Of a stretch of DNA of 64,000 nt, positions 38,493 to 52,228 are shown piece after piece; the stretch's first letter is position 1; the number at the start of each line of letters is the position of its first letter. The stretch is from Octopus sinensis. Lineage: Eukaryota. Made by a program: the position numbers and the translations under genes. The stretch lies in the NCBI RefSeq assembly GCF_006345805.1, contig NC_043008.1:50778001-50842000 (forward strand), in the 5' to 3' direction. The notes under the pieces were generated by a model. The model ran no database searches. It was not told the DNA's origin and was given only the letters and a program-made list of their open reading frames with translations.

Positions 38493-38889
38493 ATGAGGTA
38501 TCCAAAATGGCGAAATACCTTTCTACTGCTGGTGATTTCGCTGGCCATTATGGCATCGTTGGTCAACGGAAGAAGGCGGAAAAACAGAAACAGGAAACGA
38601 AGCTCAAATTCAAGATATATGAGTGACTTTGCAGTCCGTAGAAACTTCGTTATTGTCTCGGGTGACATTTATTTTGGAGCGTTAATACAAATTCACAATG
38701 GTGGAAGAAATGACATTTGTGGGAATTTATCTCATACGGCTATACTGGAACTTGAAGCTCTGCTATATACAGTGGAAATGATAAATATTCATACATCTTT
38801 ACTGCCGGGCATCAAATTGGGGGTTTATGTACGAGACACGTGTGCAGACCCGGATCATGCTTTAAAACAAGCCTTAACCATTATGGAGG
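38493..38889 (+). CDS. mGluR-like class C ectodomain gene, first coding exon (signal peptide and VFT start)
   Basis: Acceptor TTTGCAG|ATATTG (exon from 38435, so 5' UTR exon(s) lie upstream). MRYPKWRNTFLLLVISLAIMASLVNG resembles a signal peptide. GDIYFGAL..H, ICG, LEALLYTVEMIN, LLPGIKLG...RDTC and ALKQAL match the mGluR N-terminus. Donor G|GTAAGT, phase 1. Confidence 0.92.
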
Positions 38890-39237
38890 GTAAGTAATAT
38901 AACCATTTTATTTTTCTTCTAGATATAATTAATGAAAATGTTGCTTCTTATTACGTTCTGTGTTTTCTAGGTATTATTAGTAAGAGGAAGGAAGGAGCGA
39001 GCTGGCAGAATCGTTAGCACCCCGGGTAAAAATACTTATCAGCATTTCATCCGCTTTTACATTCTGGACTCAAATTCCGCCGAGGTCGATTTTGTCCTTC
39101 ATTCATTCGAGCTCGATGAAATAAATCCCAGTCAAGTACTTCCCTTCCCCTTATAATTGCAGGCCTTGAGTTAAAACTAGAAAGACTAATTAGTAAGACA
39201 GAACAGAAGGAGAAATCTTCGTAACTTTTACAGATAG

Positions 39238-39640
39238 GAGTGGCTGTGTGGTAAGTAGCTTCCTTACCAACCACATGGTTCCGGGTTCATTCCCACTGCA
39301 TGGCACCTTGGGCAAGTGTCTTCTACTATAGCCTCAGGGCCACCAAAGCCTTGTGAGTGGAATTGGTAGACGGAAACTGAAAGAAGCCCATTGTATATAT
39401 GTGTATATGTATATGTGCGTGTTTGTATGTGTGTGTGTCTATGTTTGTCCCCCCCCCCCCAACATCGCTTGACAACCGATGCTGGTGTGCTTACGTCCCC
39501 ATACATTAGCGGTTCAGCAAAAGAGACCGATAGAATAAGTACTAGGATTACAAAGAATAAGTCCTGGGGTCGATTTGCTCGAATAAAGGCGGTGCTCCAG
39601 CATGGCCAAAGTCACATGACTGAAACAAGTAAAAGAGTAT
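39238..39640 (+). mobile_element. SINE family B (3' part re-duplicated to ~39785)
   Basis: Family consensus. Confidence 0.8.
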
Positions 39641-40509
39641 AAGAGAGTATACTCTTGCAGCTCGGCAAAAGAGACCGATAGAATAAGTACTGGGCTTACA
39701 AAGAATAATCCTGGAGTCGATTTGTTCGACTACAGGCGGTGCTCCAGCATGGTTGCAGTCAAATGACTGAAACAAGTAAAGAAAAAAATATAGTTCATAT
39801 GTACAAAAACCAGAAGACAGAGACAGGTGAGGGAACAACGCACAAGGTGTATTAGTTTGACGCTCAGAGAAAAATGGAAAAAATTTTGACGCTTGAAGTC
39901 TACGCTCTTCGACAGAAAGGAATGAGGAAAGAAACGGACAGAGAGAAAAAATTGTATCTGGATTGACAGTTTCACACGTCAAATTGAGTGGAAGGAAGTG
40001 ATTGAATGGAAAGGGAGATAACAATAACACGACTAAAGTGTGTGCGTATGGGCGAGCGTGTGTGTATGTGAGGATAGTATGTGTGAGTGTATATCTGCGT
40101 ATGGGCGAGCGCGTGTGTATGTATGTGTGCGCAAGTATAAGATTATGTAAGGGAGCGTGTGTGTGTGTGTGAATGTGTTAGTAAACAAGTATGTTCGCTG
40201 TGTGGAGTGGTATGTGCGTGTGTGCTCCGTGTATTCATGTGTGCATATGTGTGGACATGTGTATATGTGTGAGGCTATCAGATATGCGTGTGTGCGTGTG
40301 TGTGTGTGTGTGTGTACGTGTGTGACACTGTTGTGTGCGTGTATATTACGCGTTTATGCATAAATACTGTTCCACTCTAGGCACAAGGCCCGAAATTTTG
40401 GGGAAGGGCCAGTCAATTAGATCGACCCCAGAACACAACTGGTACTTAATTCATCGACCCTGTAAGGATGAAAGGCAAAGTCGACCTCGGTGAAAATTTG
40501 AACTCAGAC

Positions 40510-40750
40510 GAAATACCGATTTCTTTACTACCCACAAGGGGCTAAACACAGAGAGGACAACCAAGGACAGACAAACAGATTAAGTCGATTACATCGACCC
40601 CAGTGCGTAACTGGTACTTATTTAATCGACCCCGAAAGGATGAAAGGCAAAGTCAAACTCGGCAGAATTTGAACTCAGAACGTAACGGCAGACGAAATAC
40701 CGCTAAGCATTTCGCCCGACGTCCTAACGATTCTGCCAGCTCGCCGCCTT
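40510..40750 (-). mobile_element. SINE family A
   Basis: Reverse complement of the 60816 copy. Confidence 0.8.
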
Positions 40751-41519
40751 TTTATGTGTAAATATTGTGTGTTTATGCGTACGTGTGTATATATATATGG
40801 GCTTGCGTGTATGTATGTAAGCTGTTACCAGTTGGTGTATGGGGGGGAGGGCTGTTGAATATATTTTGTGTGTATGTGTATGCGTATGTGTGTATGAGTG
40901 TGTGTGTGTGTGTGTGTGTGAGGAGTTGATATGTGCGTAATATTGCGTTTGACCATATGTGTAAGGGCGCATGTATGTATATGTAACGCTATCTGACGTA
41001 TGCACATATATGTTGCGGGAGGTGCCTGGATGTTTGAGGTGGAATAGGGGTGATGAGAGGAAGGGTTGGGAGGTGTTGGGTGCTGGTGTGAGGGGAGTTG
41101 GAAGAAGCGTGCGTGAGTGCGTGTGCATTTGGTGTGTGTGTAGAGACGATGTGTTAGGGCAGAGAAGGAGGCGAAACGGAAGGTGGGAAGTGTGTGTTGT
41201 GTGTAAATATCTTTGTGGTGGGGGGGTTTGCTTTTGAGACACCTGAAATTAAGTTCCCTCACCTGTATCTGTCTTTTGTCTTTTGTACATTTGCTCACGT
41301 GGTCACCCCACTTTGATCCGGGCTGACCTGGACTTCTTCCCTTGGACCTTCATCTCTCATACCTTCTTCTCGGACCTGTGTTACCTCTCTTGAGCCACTT
41401 TGCCATCACTCCAGCCGGATTACCATTGGAACTTTACATTTCTCGGACTCTACCATCATGGATTTTACTGTACACTGTTGTTGGTTAATTTATGTGTGTG
41501 TGTGTAGGTGTGTGTGTAG

Positions 41520-41945
41520 GCGCAGGAGTGGCTGTGTGGTAAGTAGCTTGCTTACCAACCACATGGTTCTGGGTTCCAGCTCACTATGTAGCACCTTGGG
41601 CAAGTGTCTTCTACTACAGCTTCGGGTCGACCAAAGCCTTATGAGTGGATTTGGTAGATGGAAACTGAAAGAAGCCCGTCATATACATACATATATATGT
41701 GTGTGTGTATGTATGTATCTGTGCATGTATGTATCTGTGCGTGTGTTTGTGTTTGTCCCCCACCATCACTTGACAACCGATGCTGGTGTGTTTATGTTCT
41801 CGTAACTTAGCGGGTGAGCCAAAAATAGAATAAGTACTAGGCTTACAAAGAATAAGTCCTGGGGTCGATTTCTTCGACTAACACCCTTTAAGGCGGTGTT
41901 CTAGCATGGCCGCAGTTAAATGACTGAAACAAGTAAAAGAATAAA
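41520..41945 (+). mobile_element. SINE family B
   Basis: Family consensus. Confidence 0.8.
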
Positions 41946-41951
41946 TAAATA

Positions 41952-41988
<37 letters not shown>

Positions 41989-42641
41989 GTATTATGTTTG
42001 CTTGTATGTATATGAGAGAGAGGTGTGTGTGTGTGTCTCTTTGCATATGTTTGTATGTACGTATGTATTTATGTATGTACGTATGTGAGTACGAATGTTG
42101 TCGTCAGCTCTTTCATGCGTCCGCGAATTTCAATTTCCTTCTGATTAAATGGTTCAGCCATGTTAAATGTCGTTGATAATTGAGAAAGAAGCAAAGAAAA
42201 GATGGTGGACGTCGTAGTTGTTGTTGTTGTTCTTGCTGTACGTTGCGTCTTTTACGTTTTTCTTGAACATCATTATCGGTTTTTCTTCTTTTCTTTGAAA
42301 ATGTTTAGTTCTGCAGCTGATGGTATGACGCCAGCTGGAGTAGTTCTACGCTTCAATTTCCCACGTTTTCTTTCACATCTCTCCATTTTGAAGGGTGATT
42401 TTTAGCTCTTCTTTTTAATAATTAAGGTAGCGAGTTGACAGAGTCGTCACCACGTCGGGCGAAATGCTTAACGGCATTTCGTCCGCTTGTACGCTCTGAG
42501 GTCAAATTCCGACGAGGTGGACTTCGGCTTTCATCATTTCGGGGTCGATAGAATAAGCACTAGTTGAGTGCTGAGATTGATGTAATCGACTTAATACCTA
42601 CCCCGAAATTGCTGGCCTTGTGCTAAAACTTGAAACCAATA

Positions 42642-43012
42642 TTACCTCCGCCTTCACTAAGGCGGAGGTATTGTTTGCAGTTGTGTTTGTTTGTTTGTCT
42701 GTGGACAAGATATCTCAAGAACCGCTGGATGAATTCGGATAAAAACTTTCAGTGATGTTTGGCCTCGTGACTGGCACGAACTGATTAGATTTTGAGATCG
42801 ATCTGATACCGGACAAGGATTCTAGATTATTTTTCTTGTTTTTAGTTTTTACTTAATTTTTTAGAACAATCGGGTTCATTTTTAATATTCTCGTGAGAGC
42901 GGTCGAATTTATTTCAGATATTCTCCATTTTAAAAATCATCTCTAGCCTAATCGTTGAGAGGATGTTGGTGTTGCCTTGGCGGAGGTTTGCACTCTTGAG
43001 TTGCTCTTGTTA
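42642..43012 (+). mobile_element. Helentron-associated (DINE-1/HINE-like) non-autonomous element
   Basis: 5' ACCTCCGCC followed by its inverse GGCGGAGGT, then (GTTT)n; 3' CCTTGGCGGAGGT subterminal repeat plus GCACTCTTGAGTTGC hairpin; TT ends. Confidence 0.7.
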
Positions 43013-43112
43013 TTATATTATTTATTATTATTATATTATTATTATTATTATTACTTATTATTATTATTATTATATTATTATTATTTATTATTAATTACTA
43101 TTATTATTATTA

Positions 43113-43153
<41 letters not shown>

Positions 43154-43221
43154 TATTATTATTTTATTATTATTATTATTATATTATTATTATTATTATT
43201 ATTATATTATTTTACTATTAC

Positions 43222-43298
<77 letters not shown>

Positions 43299-43303
43299 TA
43301 CTA

Positions 43304-43399
<96 letters not shown>

Positions 43400-43411
43400 T
43401 ATTATTATTAC

Positions 43412-43442
<31 letters not shown>

Positions 43443-43509
43443 TTATTATTATTATTATTATTATATTTTATTATTATTATTATTATTATTATATTATTAT
43501 TATTATTAC

Positions 43510-43558
<49 letters not shown>

Positions 43559-43569
43559 TTATTATATTA

Positions 43570-43600
<31 letters not shown>

Positions 43601-43626
43601 TATTATTATTATTATTACTAGTATTA

Positions 43627-43661
<35 letters not shown>

Positions 43662-43679
43662 TATTATTATTATTATTAC

Positions 43680-43717
<38 letters not shown>

Positions 43718-43746
43718 TATTACTATATTATTATTATTATTATTAT

Positions 43747-43818
<72 letters not shown>

Positions 43819-43990
43819 TATTATTATTATTATATTATTATTATTATTATATTATTATTTATTATTATTATTATTATATTATTATTATATTATTATTATT
43901 ATTACTATTATTATTATTATTATTATTTTATTATTATTATATATTATTATTATTATTATTATTATTTCATCATCATCATCATCATCATTA

Positions 43991-44052
<62 letters not shown>

Positions 44053-44074
44053 TATTTTATTATATATTATTATT

Positions 44075-44105
<31 letters not shown>

Positions 44106-44110
44106 TACTA

Positions 44111-44144
<34 letters not shown>

Positions 44145-44160
44145 CATTATTATTATTATC
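43013..44160. repeat. ~1.15-kb (ATT)n microsatellite
   Basis: Direct reading. Confidence 0.95.
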
Positions 44161-44300
44161 CCTTCTTTTTCAGTGTATACCGTGTCTACTTCCTTTTTTT
44201 TATCCTTTCATTATATGTCAACCCCCACACTTTGTGTCTATTTTTTGTATTGTCCCCCTAATCCTTCGCCCTTGTAGCAAATAAATGAAATCATTATTAT

Positions 44301-44336
<36 letters not shown>

Positions 44337-44365
44337 CAGCAGCAACAGCAGTAGTAGTAGTAGTG

Positions 44366-44400
<35 letters not shown>

Positions 44401-44440
44401 TGTAGTAGTAGCAGCAGCAGCAGCAGCAGTGGTAGTAGTG

Positions 44441-44490
<50 letters not shown>

Positions 44491-44994
44491 CTTATTATTA
44501 TTGCGTGCTGTCTCAGCAGTACCCAATGCAGCTGCGTATGTCTTGGTTCTGAACGATGTTTTGTTTTGCTTTATTCTACGATATTGAATTACCCATCGTT
44601 ATGTGTGTGCAGTTCCTAGCAATACCATTTCTGTGTGGTATTCATATTTATAAGTCCTGAGATTTTGATCGTGTATTTACCTCAATCTCAAAACAACTGT
44701 TATAATAGGGATTGTTTCCGTTTTCAGGCCCACACATTCGGATTATCTCCATTTCCAAAACTTTATATTTAGATAATTTCTCCATCACTTTTAGAGATAC
44801 ATTAATACCTATTGAGACTAATACATTGATTGAGAGGCATTGCCTTTTGCGATAGTCTTTGACAACAATATCCGGTCAATTTTCCTTGATTTCACTTTTT
44901 GTATCAGTACGTCTCACACAATGGTTACCTTGTCATTCTCGGAGACTTTTTCTGGTGTATGCCGACACAATCACATTTGTGCTAATAGTACTCT

Positions 44995-45226
44995 CTTTCT
45001 CTTTACTCTTTTACTTGTTTCTGTCATTTGACTGCGGCCATGCTGGAGCACCGCCTTTAGTCTAGCAAATCGACCACAGGACTTATTCTTTGGAAGCCTA
45101 GTACTTATTCTATCGGTCTCTTTTGCCGAACCGCTAAGTTACGGGGACGTAAACACCACCACCATCGGTTGTCAAGCGATTATTGGGAGGACAAACACAG
45201 ACACACAACATACACACACACACAAT

Positions 45227-45277
<51 letters not shown>

Positions 45278-46332
45278 CGACGGGCTTCTTTCAGTTTCCG
45301 TGTACCAAATCCACTCAAAAGACTTTGGTCGGCCCGTGGCTATAGTAGAAGACTGGACTGGCCAGATATCTTGAAACATCTAACGACAGGCTAAAACTCG
45401 TTGAAAACCACGAGAGACGTAAGAAGCTTCATTCTGTCATGAAGAAGCGCAAAAAAATTTGGAGGTGGTTTCAGAAGGGTGACTTAAAAAAGAATACTGA
45501 AAGCCTAATCATCGCGGCCCAGGACTAGGCATTGAATATCAACTCAGTGAAAAAGAATATATACCACACAAGTGCTTCGGACCTCTGCAGAATTTGTGGG
45601 AAGAGGGTTGAAAGCGTGACTCACATTGTTAGTGTTTGTGAAAGTCTTGCACAGAGAGTACAAGCATTGACACGACAAAGTAGCCCAAAACCTCCACCGG
45701 CTGCTTATGCCGTAAGTAAAGATATGAGGTTACGGGTGCTTGGTACCAACATACACCGGAAAAGGTGATGGACGGAAAGAGGAAGGAAAAAATCCTTTGG
45801 GACTTTGATTCCCAAACAGACAAAGTGTTAGAGCACCGAAGGCCGGATATAGTAACCTTTAGGAGGGAATAAACGAGAGTGCCTAATAATCGACGTAGCA
45901 GTGCCAGGAGATCAACACATTATCATGAAAAAAAGAGAAAAAGTTGATAAATATGGAGACCTGAGAATTGAGGTTGCTAAGATGTGGCAGCTAAGAGAGT
46001 CGAACATAAAGGTTATCCCTATTGTCATCGGAGCACTGGGTTCAATACCACCCAATCTGAAAAAAACACCTGAAAACCTTAGAGATACCTTACAATCTAG
46101 ATGTATTGCAAAAGTCGGGATTACTTGGAACTGTAAGCATATTGTGTAAAGTACTGTCTGTCTGAGGTTCTTGTTGTGACTTAACAAACAGTAAAAGCCC
46201 CCGGTAGACATTTATTCTTGAGTACGAATAGATAGAATAACATGTCAAGCTGTGTCGTGCCTTGATATCTTCAATCAACAACCTCATGATATTGTATACT
46301 GTATGACGGCTATAATAATGATGATGATAATA

Positions 46333-46363
<31 letters not shown>

Positions 46364-46378
46364 CGACGACGATGATGG

Positions 46379-46423
<45 letters not shown>

Positions 46424-46510
46424 CGATGATGAAGGTGTCACGCAGTGGGACTGAACCCAGAACTATGTGATTCTAAGCAAGCTACTTACCACACAGCCAC
46501 TCCTACGCCT
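44995..46510 (-). mobile_element. SINE family B split by a LINE insertion (pieces 44995-45351 and 46433-46510)
   Basis: TATAGTAGAAGAC ends at 45351 and AAGGTGTCACGCAGTGGG resumes at 46433; ~8 bp of consensus (ACTTGCCC) is missing. Confidence 0.75.
45352..46432 (+). mobile_element. 5'-truncated R4/Dong-type LINE with (ATG)n tail, defective
   Basis: W..GDLKKNTESLIIAAQD*, CRICG..ESVTHIVSVC (CCHC knuckle), WDF..QTDKVLEHRRPDIV and DVAVPGD..KREKVDKYGDL..IVIGALG (restriction-like endonuclease); frameshifts. Confidence 0.85.
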
Positions 46511-46981
46511 ATATTATGTATTACGTAATTTTAACACAACTTCCAGTGTAAGTGCCATATTTCTCATATCTGTTGGTGTCTAATTTCTTGACTAAGGCTG
46601 AAGCATCCAGAGAAAATATGTTTCTTCCCCATCTCCACATATTCTGGAGCTAGCGTTTTCTGCTTAACCGTACGCATTTGATGTTATCCGGTAGGGAGGC
46701 TTTGGTGCTGTATTACTATCAAGAATTTTCCAGTTTCTGATTTGAGTCCTGTGCTTCTCAGTCGGTCTTTTCGTTTTTCTCTGAATTTGGCAATGGAAAA
46801 GTTTTTTACTCGTCATTGTTTTACCAGGGAAATTTTGCCGTCCCGACTTTTAGTTTTGATTCGTAACAATTTCCCCATTACTTGTTGTTATTTCATCATT
46901 TTTCTTCAAAGTTATCTTTTGAAGACAGAAAACACTGTGTTATACTCTAATGTTTTGGGACCGTGTTGCCACTAAAAGAAA

Positions 46982-47038
46982 CCATCATCATCATCACCAC
47001 CACCATCATCATCATCATCATCATCACATCATCACCAC

Positions 47039-47071
<33 letters not shown>

Positions 47072-47122
47072 TATCATCATCATCGTCATCATCATCATCA
47101 CTATCATCATCACCATCATTAC

Positions 47123-47156
<34 letters not shown>

Positions 47157-47170
47157 GTCATCATCATCAA

Positions 47171-47206
<36 letters not shown>

Positions 47207-47257
47207 TATCATTATCATCGTCATCATCATCATCACCATCATCCTCACCATCACCAC

Positions 47258-47326
<69 letters not shown>

Positions 47327-47366
47327 TCAACACATCATCATCATCATCATCATCATCATTATCATT

Positions 47367-47407
<41 letters not shown>

Positions 47408-47435
47408 TATCATCATCATCATCGTCATCATCATC

Positions 47436-47506
<71 letters not shown>

Positions 47507-47578
47507 CATCATCAACATCATCATCATTATCATCATCATCGTCATCATCATCATCACCATCATCATCACCATCATTAC

Positions 47579-47616
<38 letters not shown>

Positions 47617-47634
47617 CCATCACCATCATCATCG

Positions 47635-47682
<48 letters not shown>

Positions 47683-47697
47683 CCATCATCGTCGTCG

Positions 47698-47728
<31 letters not shown>

Positions 47729-49076
47729 TATTATCATCATCATTATTATAGCCGTCATACAGTATACAATATCATGAGGTTGTTGATTGAAGATATCAAG
47801 GCACGACACAGCTTGACATGTTATTCTATCTATTCGTACTCAAGAATAAATGTCTACCGGGGGCTTTTACTGTTTGTCAAGTCACAACAAGAACCTCAGA
47901 CAGACAGTACTTTACACAATATGCTTACAGTTCCAAGTAATCCCGACTTTTGCAATACATCTAGATTGTAAGGTATCTCTAAGGTTTTCAGGTGTTTTTT
48001 TCAGATTGGGTGGTATTGAACCCAGTGCTCCGATGACAATAGGGATAACCTTTATGTTCGACTCTCTTAGCTGCCACATCTTAGCAACCTCAATTCTCAG
48101 GTCTCCATATTTATCAACTTTTTCTCTTTTTTTCATGATAATGTGTTGATCTCCTGGCACTGTACGTCGATTATTAGGCACTCTCGTTTTTATATCCCCT
48201 CCTAAGGTTACTATAATCCGTCCTTCGGTGCTCTAACACTTTGTCTGTTTGGGAATCAAAGTCCCAAAGGATTTTTTCCTTCCTCTTTCCGTCCATCACC
48301 TTTTCCGTGTATGTTGGTACCAAGCACCCGTAACCTCATATCTTTACTTACGGCATAAGCAGCCGGTGGAGGTTTTGGGCTCTTTGTCGTGTCAATACTT
48401 GTACTCCTCTGTGCAAGACTTTCACACACAACTAACAAGTGTAGTCACGCTTTCAACCCTCTTCCAACAAATTCTGCAGAGGTCCGAAGCACTTGTGTGG
48501 TATATATTCTTTTTTTTTCCACTGAGTTGATATTCAATGCCTAGTCCTGGGGCCGCGATGATTAGGCTTTCAGTATTCTTTTTTAAGTCACCCTTCTGAA
48601 ACCACCTCCAAATTTTTTTGCGCTTCTTCATGACAGAATGAAGCTTCTTACGTCTCTCGTGGTTTTCAACGAGTTTTAGCCTGTCGTTAGATGTTTCAAG
48701 ATATCTGGCCAGTCCAGTTGTGATGGTTTTGTAAGAGATTTCAAATTGAATCAGGCCTCAACCTCCTTGGGCTCTGGGAAGGTAAAGACGATCTGTATCT
48801 GCCTTTAGGTGGTGCATCTTATTGCAAGTCAGAAGTTTACGGATTTTCCTGTCAATTTTCTTTATTTCGCTGATATTTCAGTTCACCACATTAAAACTAT
48901 AAATAACAATCTGAACTGCTAAGGAATTTATGGTGAACACCTTGTTACATGCACTTAACTCAGATTTCAGGGCTGCTCGAACTTCCCTGTAACATTCCTT
49001 TCAGATCTTCTCTTTCATACTTGCATACTAAATGTCAGAGCCCTCATTTATTCCGGGGTATTTGTAAGTTTGTTTC
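46982..49076 (-). mobile_element. Longer copy of the same R4/Dong-type LINE with a ~770-bp (CAT)n tail
   Basis: 47751-48718 is the near-identical reverse complement of 45352-46310. It extends into the RT C-terminus: YKYPGI..NKVFTINSLAV..YSF..IDRKIRKLLT..ADTDRLYLPRAQGG*GL. Confidence 0.85.
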
Positions 49077-49585
49077 TACTCGTTATTGTTAGCGCGTCGA
49101 ACAAAATCTGAAGATATGCTTAATGGCATATCTTCTCATACTTTACGTTCTGAGTTCAAATTCCACCAAGGTCGACTTTGCCTTTCATCCTTTCGGGGTC
49201 AATAAGATAAGTACCAGTCGATGTAATTGACTTACCCCTCCCCTAAAATTGCTGACCTGGCGCCTAAATTAATAAATATTATTTATTATCATTATTAATG
49301 GTTTGTTTACACATGATTGCGTTGGTCCTCCAAGTGTGTTGAATTTTGTTTGAAATAAAGTCTGCTCTCGTTAAAACTTGAGAAAGAAAGAAAGAAAGAA
49401 AGAGAGAAAGAGAGAGGGAGAGAGTTTTGGTTGGTATTTTTAGTAGGTCATGTCACCACGTAGAGGCTCCCACTTGCTGATCTGTAATATTTTCTTCGCG
49501 TTGACAAATATCAGAAATCAAAACCAAAACAATAAGAAAAACGGGAAGACCGAACCTATATATTTACATATATACATACATACAT

Positions 49586-49618
<33 letters not shown>

Positions 49619-50911
49619 CCAGACATATGTATATAGATAAATAAGTTGATATAGATATATATACATACATAATATATACATATATAACGTATATATATGT
49701 ATATATATATATATATGTATATATATTATAATATATATAATTATATATATATATATATATATATCATTATATACATTTATATATGTATGTGGTGCTATTA
49801 AGTTAGACATGACCTGGGCCTATACTGGCCGAAACCAATCAAAGTTTTAGACATATATAACATATATATATGTGTGTGTGTATACACTGATACATTTACG
49901 TATATATATATGTATATAATATAGCTATATGTGTGTGTGCTTGTGTGTATTATATGTGCGTATAGATAAATAGATACATCCATACATACATATCAACAAA
50001 CACTGTATTCAAAAGTAAAGACTAGAGAATGGGTGAGATGTACTGAAGTGGAAGACTCCCATCCCCCACGCCCTCCTCTCACCCTCACTCCTTCATTCGT
50101 TCAGTTCGGTCGACGTAGAGAAAAACCTGAAACATAATGTTTATCATTTGAGAAATTTTTGGTGTTTCTTTTTCTTTTTTCTCTCTCATTTTGAGAGGAA
50201 TTGACCTGAATCCGAAAGATGTCGCTATAAGAGAGGGGAAAAAAAGATTCAATTACCAAAATTTACCAGCAACGTTTAGTAGTAAGTCTTAGACTATTAT
50301 AGTCAAAAGAACCGGCTGTGAAAACGCTGACTTCGCCAGAAGACTAGGAGGAAGCCATTTTGGAAAATTTTACATGGCAAATCTGAAAGCGGCAGTGTTA
50401 GGTGTATACTTAGTATTTTGTTTGTGTGTGTGTGTATGTTTCTGTGAGTGTGTGTGTGTACAGTTGTATGGGTATGTGTATTGTGCTTTTATGTAGACGC
50501 ATGATCGTGTAATCGCGGTTTCGATTCCTCGACCGGACGTGGCGCTGTGTTCTTAAGCAAAACGTTTCGTTCGTTTCACGTCGCTCGGAGATCGTTTTGA
50601 TATCTGAAGCGTGGCACACTGGTGTACCTGTAGAAGCAATGTCGGTTTGATTGATGGAGGGAACGGGATCAAGGGCGGCACAAACATTTGATCATTATAA
50701 ACAAATCATCTGTGTAGGGTTTGTTTGTTTTTTTATCGTGCAAGAAAGAAGAAGAAGAAGCAGAAGAAGAAGAAGAAGAAGAGGTGGCGGCGGCGGTGGG
50801 GGCCGGCGCGGCGGGGGCGGGGGGGGGGGGGGGGGAAGGGCGGCGTGGTGATGTGGTTGGAAATGAAAATGAAGAGGAAGAAATGAAAGAAAAAAGAAAA
50901 GAAAGAAAGAA

Positions 50912-50965
<54 letters not shown>

Positions 50966-51832
50966 AGGAGGAGGAAATGACGACAGCAACAACGATGTAG
51001 TGTTGAATGGTTAAATTCGCTTCGCCACTATGAGATCTCAGGTTCGATCCTTGCGCGCAAATGTCATTTTTCTACAGCTTAGGGTCCATCCATACATACT
51101 TTGCCAGTAAAACTGGGGGAACGGAAACTGTACAGAAGCACTTCGAGTGGATTTTACTCGTAATTCAGAAAGGAACAGCCTTGTCATGCAAGGTCTCACG
51201 TAGGTTCTGCTTCAGAATTACTTACCGGCGGAAATTATGTTAATTCAAGAGCAGGTAATTCAGTTAGTCGAGCAACTGAATCCTCATTGTTGAACGACGG
51301 AGATCCACCATCATTGTGCCTATTTTTGTGTTTGCTTTGTGCCAATACTGTTATATTTGTTCTTCAGTCCTAGATCAGTCCTCCCTCAGCGATCAGGTCA
51401 AAAGATCAGTAATGACCATCCAGTCCATTTTGTATATCAGTTATTACATTGTCCAACATGTCCCTTTTTAAAAAAAAAAATTGTGGTGAAAGAGTACAGC
51501 AGGGTTCACCACCACCCCCTGCCGGAGCCTCGTGAAGCTTTAGGTGTTTTCGCTCAATAAATATTCACAACGCCCGGTCTGGGAATCGAAACCGCGATCG
51601 TAAGACCGCGAGTCCGCTGCCCTAACCACTCCAGCATGTCCCTTTATTATTAAGGCAATAATGAGTGATTTAATGGAAAATTTTGTTGCTATTTCTAGCA
51701 GTTCGCGTGATCGTGTACGGACTTATTCTGGGTCCACATAACTCTTGGAGTTCATATGACCCTTAGGGGGTTATGTATCTCTTAGGGGTTCATATAAGAT
51801 TTGCTTTTTTATATATATATATCTATATATAA

Positions 51833-52228
51833 TCTTTATATATAAAAGAGAGGTTGTGTGTGTCTCCTACGATTTAGACTCCTAACTACTCCCACATTTT
51901 GCGGTGCAGTTCAACCAAAACCGGGTATCTTATAGTCGTGATTCATATCGAGCCCTTCTGGGTATTAGCGCGCGTCTACGATGAGTCTACGATTAAAAAA
52001 AAATTTACCATCATTTTTTTCCATTTAAATGCATTTTTTCGCTATTATATAAGGGAAGTAACTCTCTAAAAATGTCTACGATGAGTCAACGATTTAAAAA
52101 AAACAATTACCATAATTTTTTTTTCCATCTTTAATGCATCTTTTGCTATTTTTTGGTTATAACTCTCTAAAAATGCTTATATAGTTATTTCCCTTACAAA
52201 CCCGACCAACGCCGGGCGATACTGCTAG
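51833..52228 (+). mobile_element. Non-autonomous Helitron, copy 4
   Basis: A|TCTTTATAT...CCCGACCAACGCCGGG-CGATACTG-CTAG|T: canonical TC start, subterminal hairpin, CTAG end and AT target. Confidence 0.85.

Noticed and set aside
42977-44587. Poly-I/L/Y/V ORFs
   Set aside because: Translations of (ATT)n and (AGT)n microsatellites.
46947-47809. Poly-D/S/M/I ORFs
   Set aside because: Translations of the (CAT)n LINE tail.
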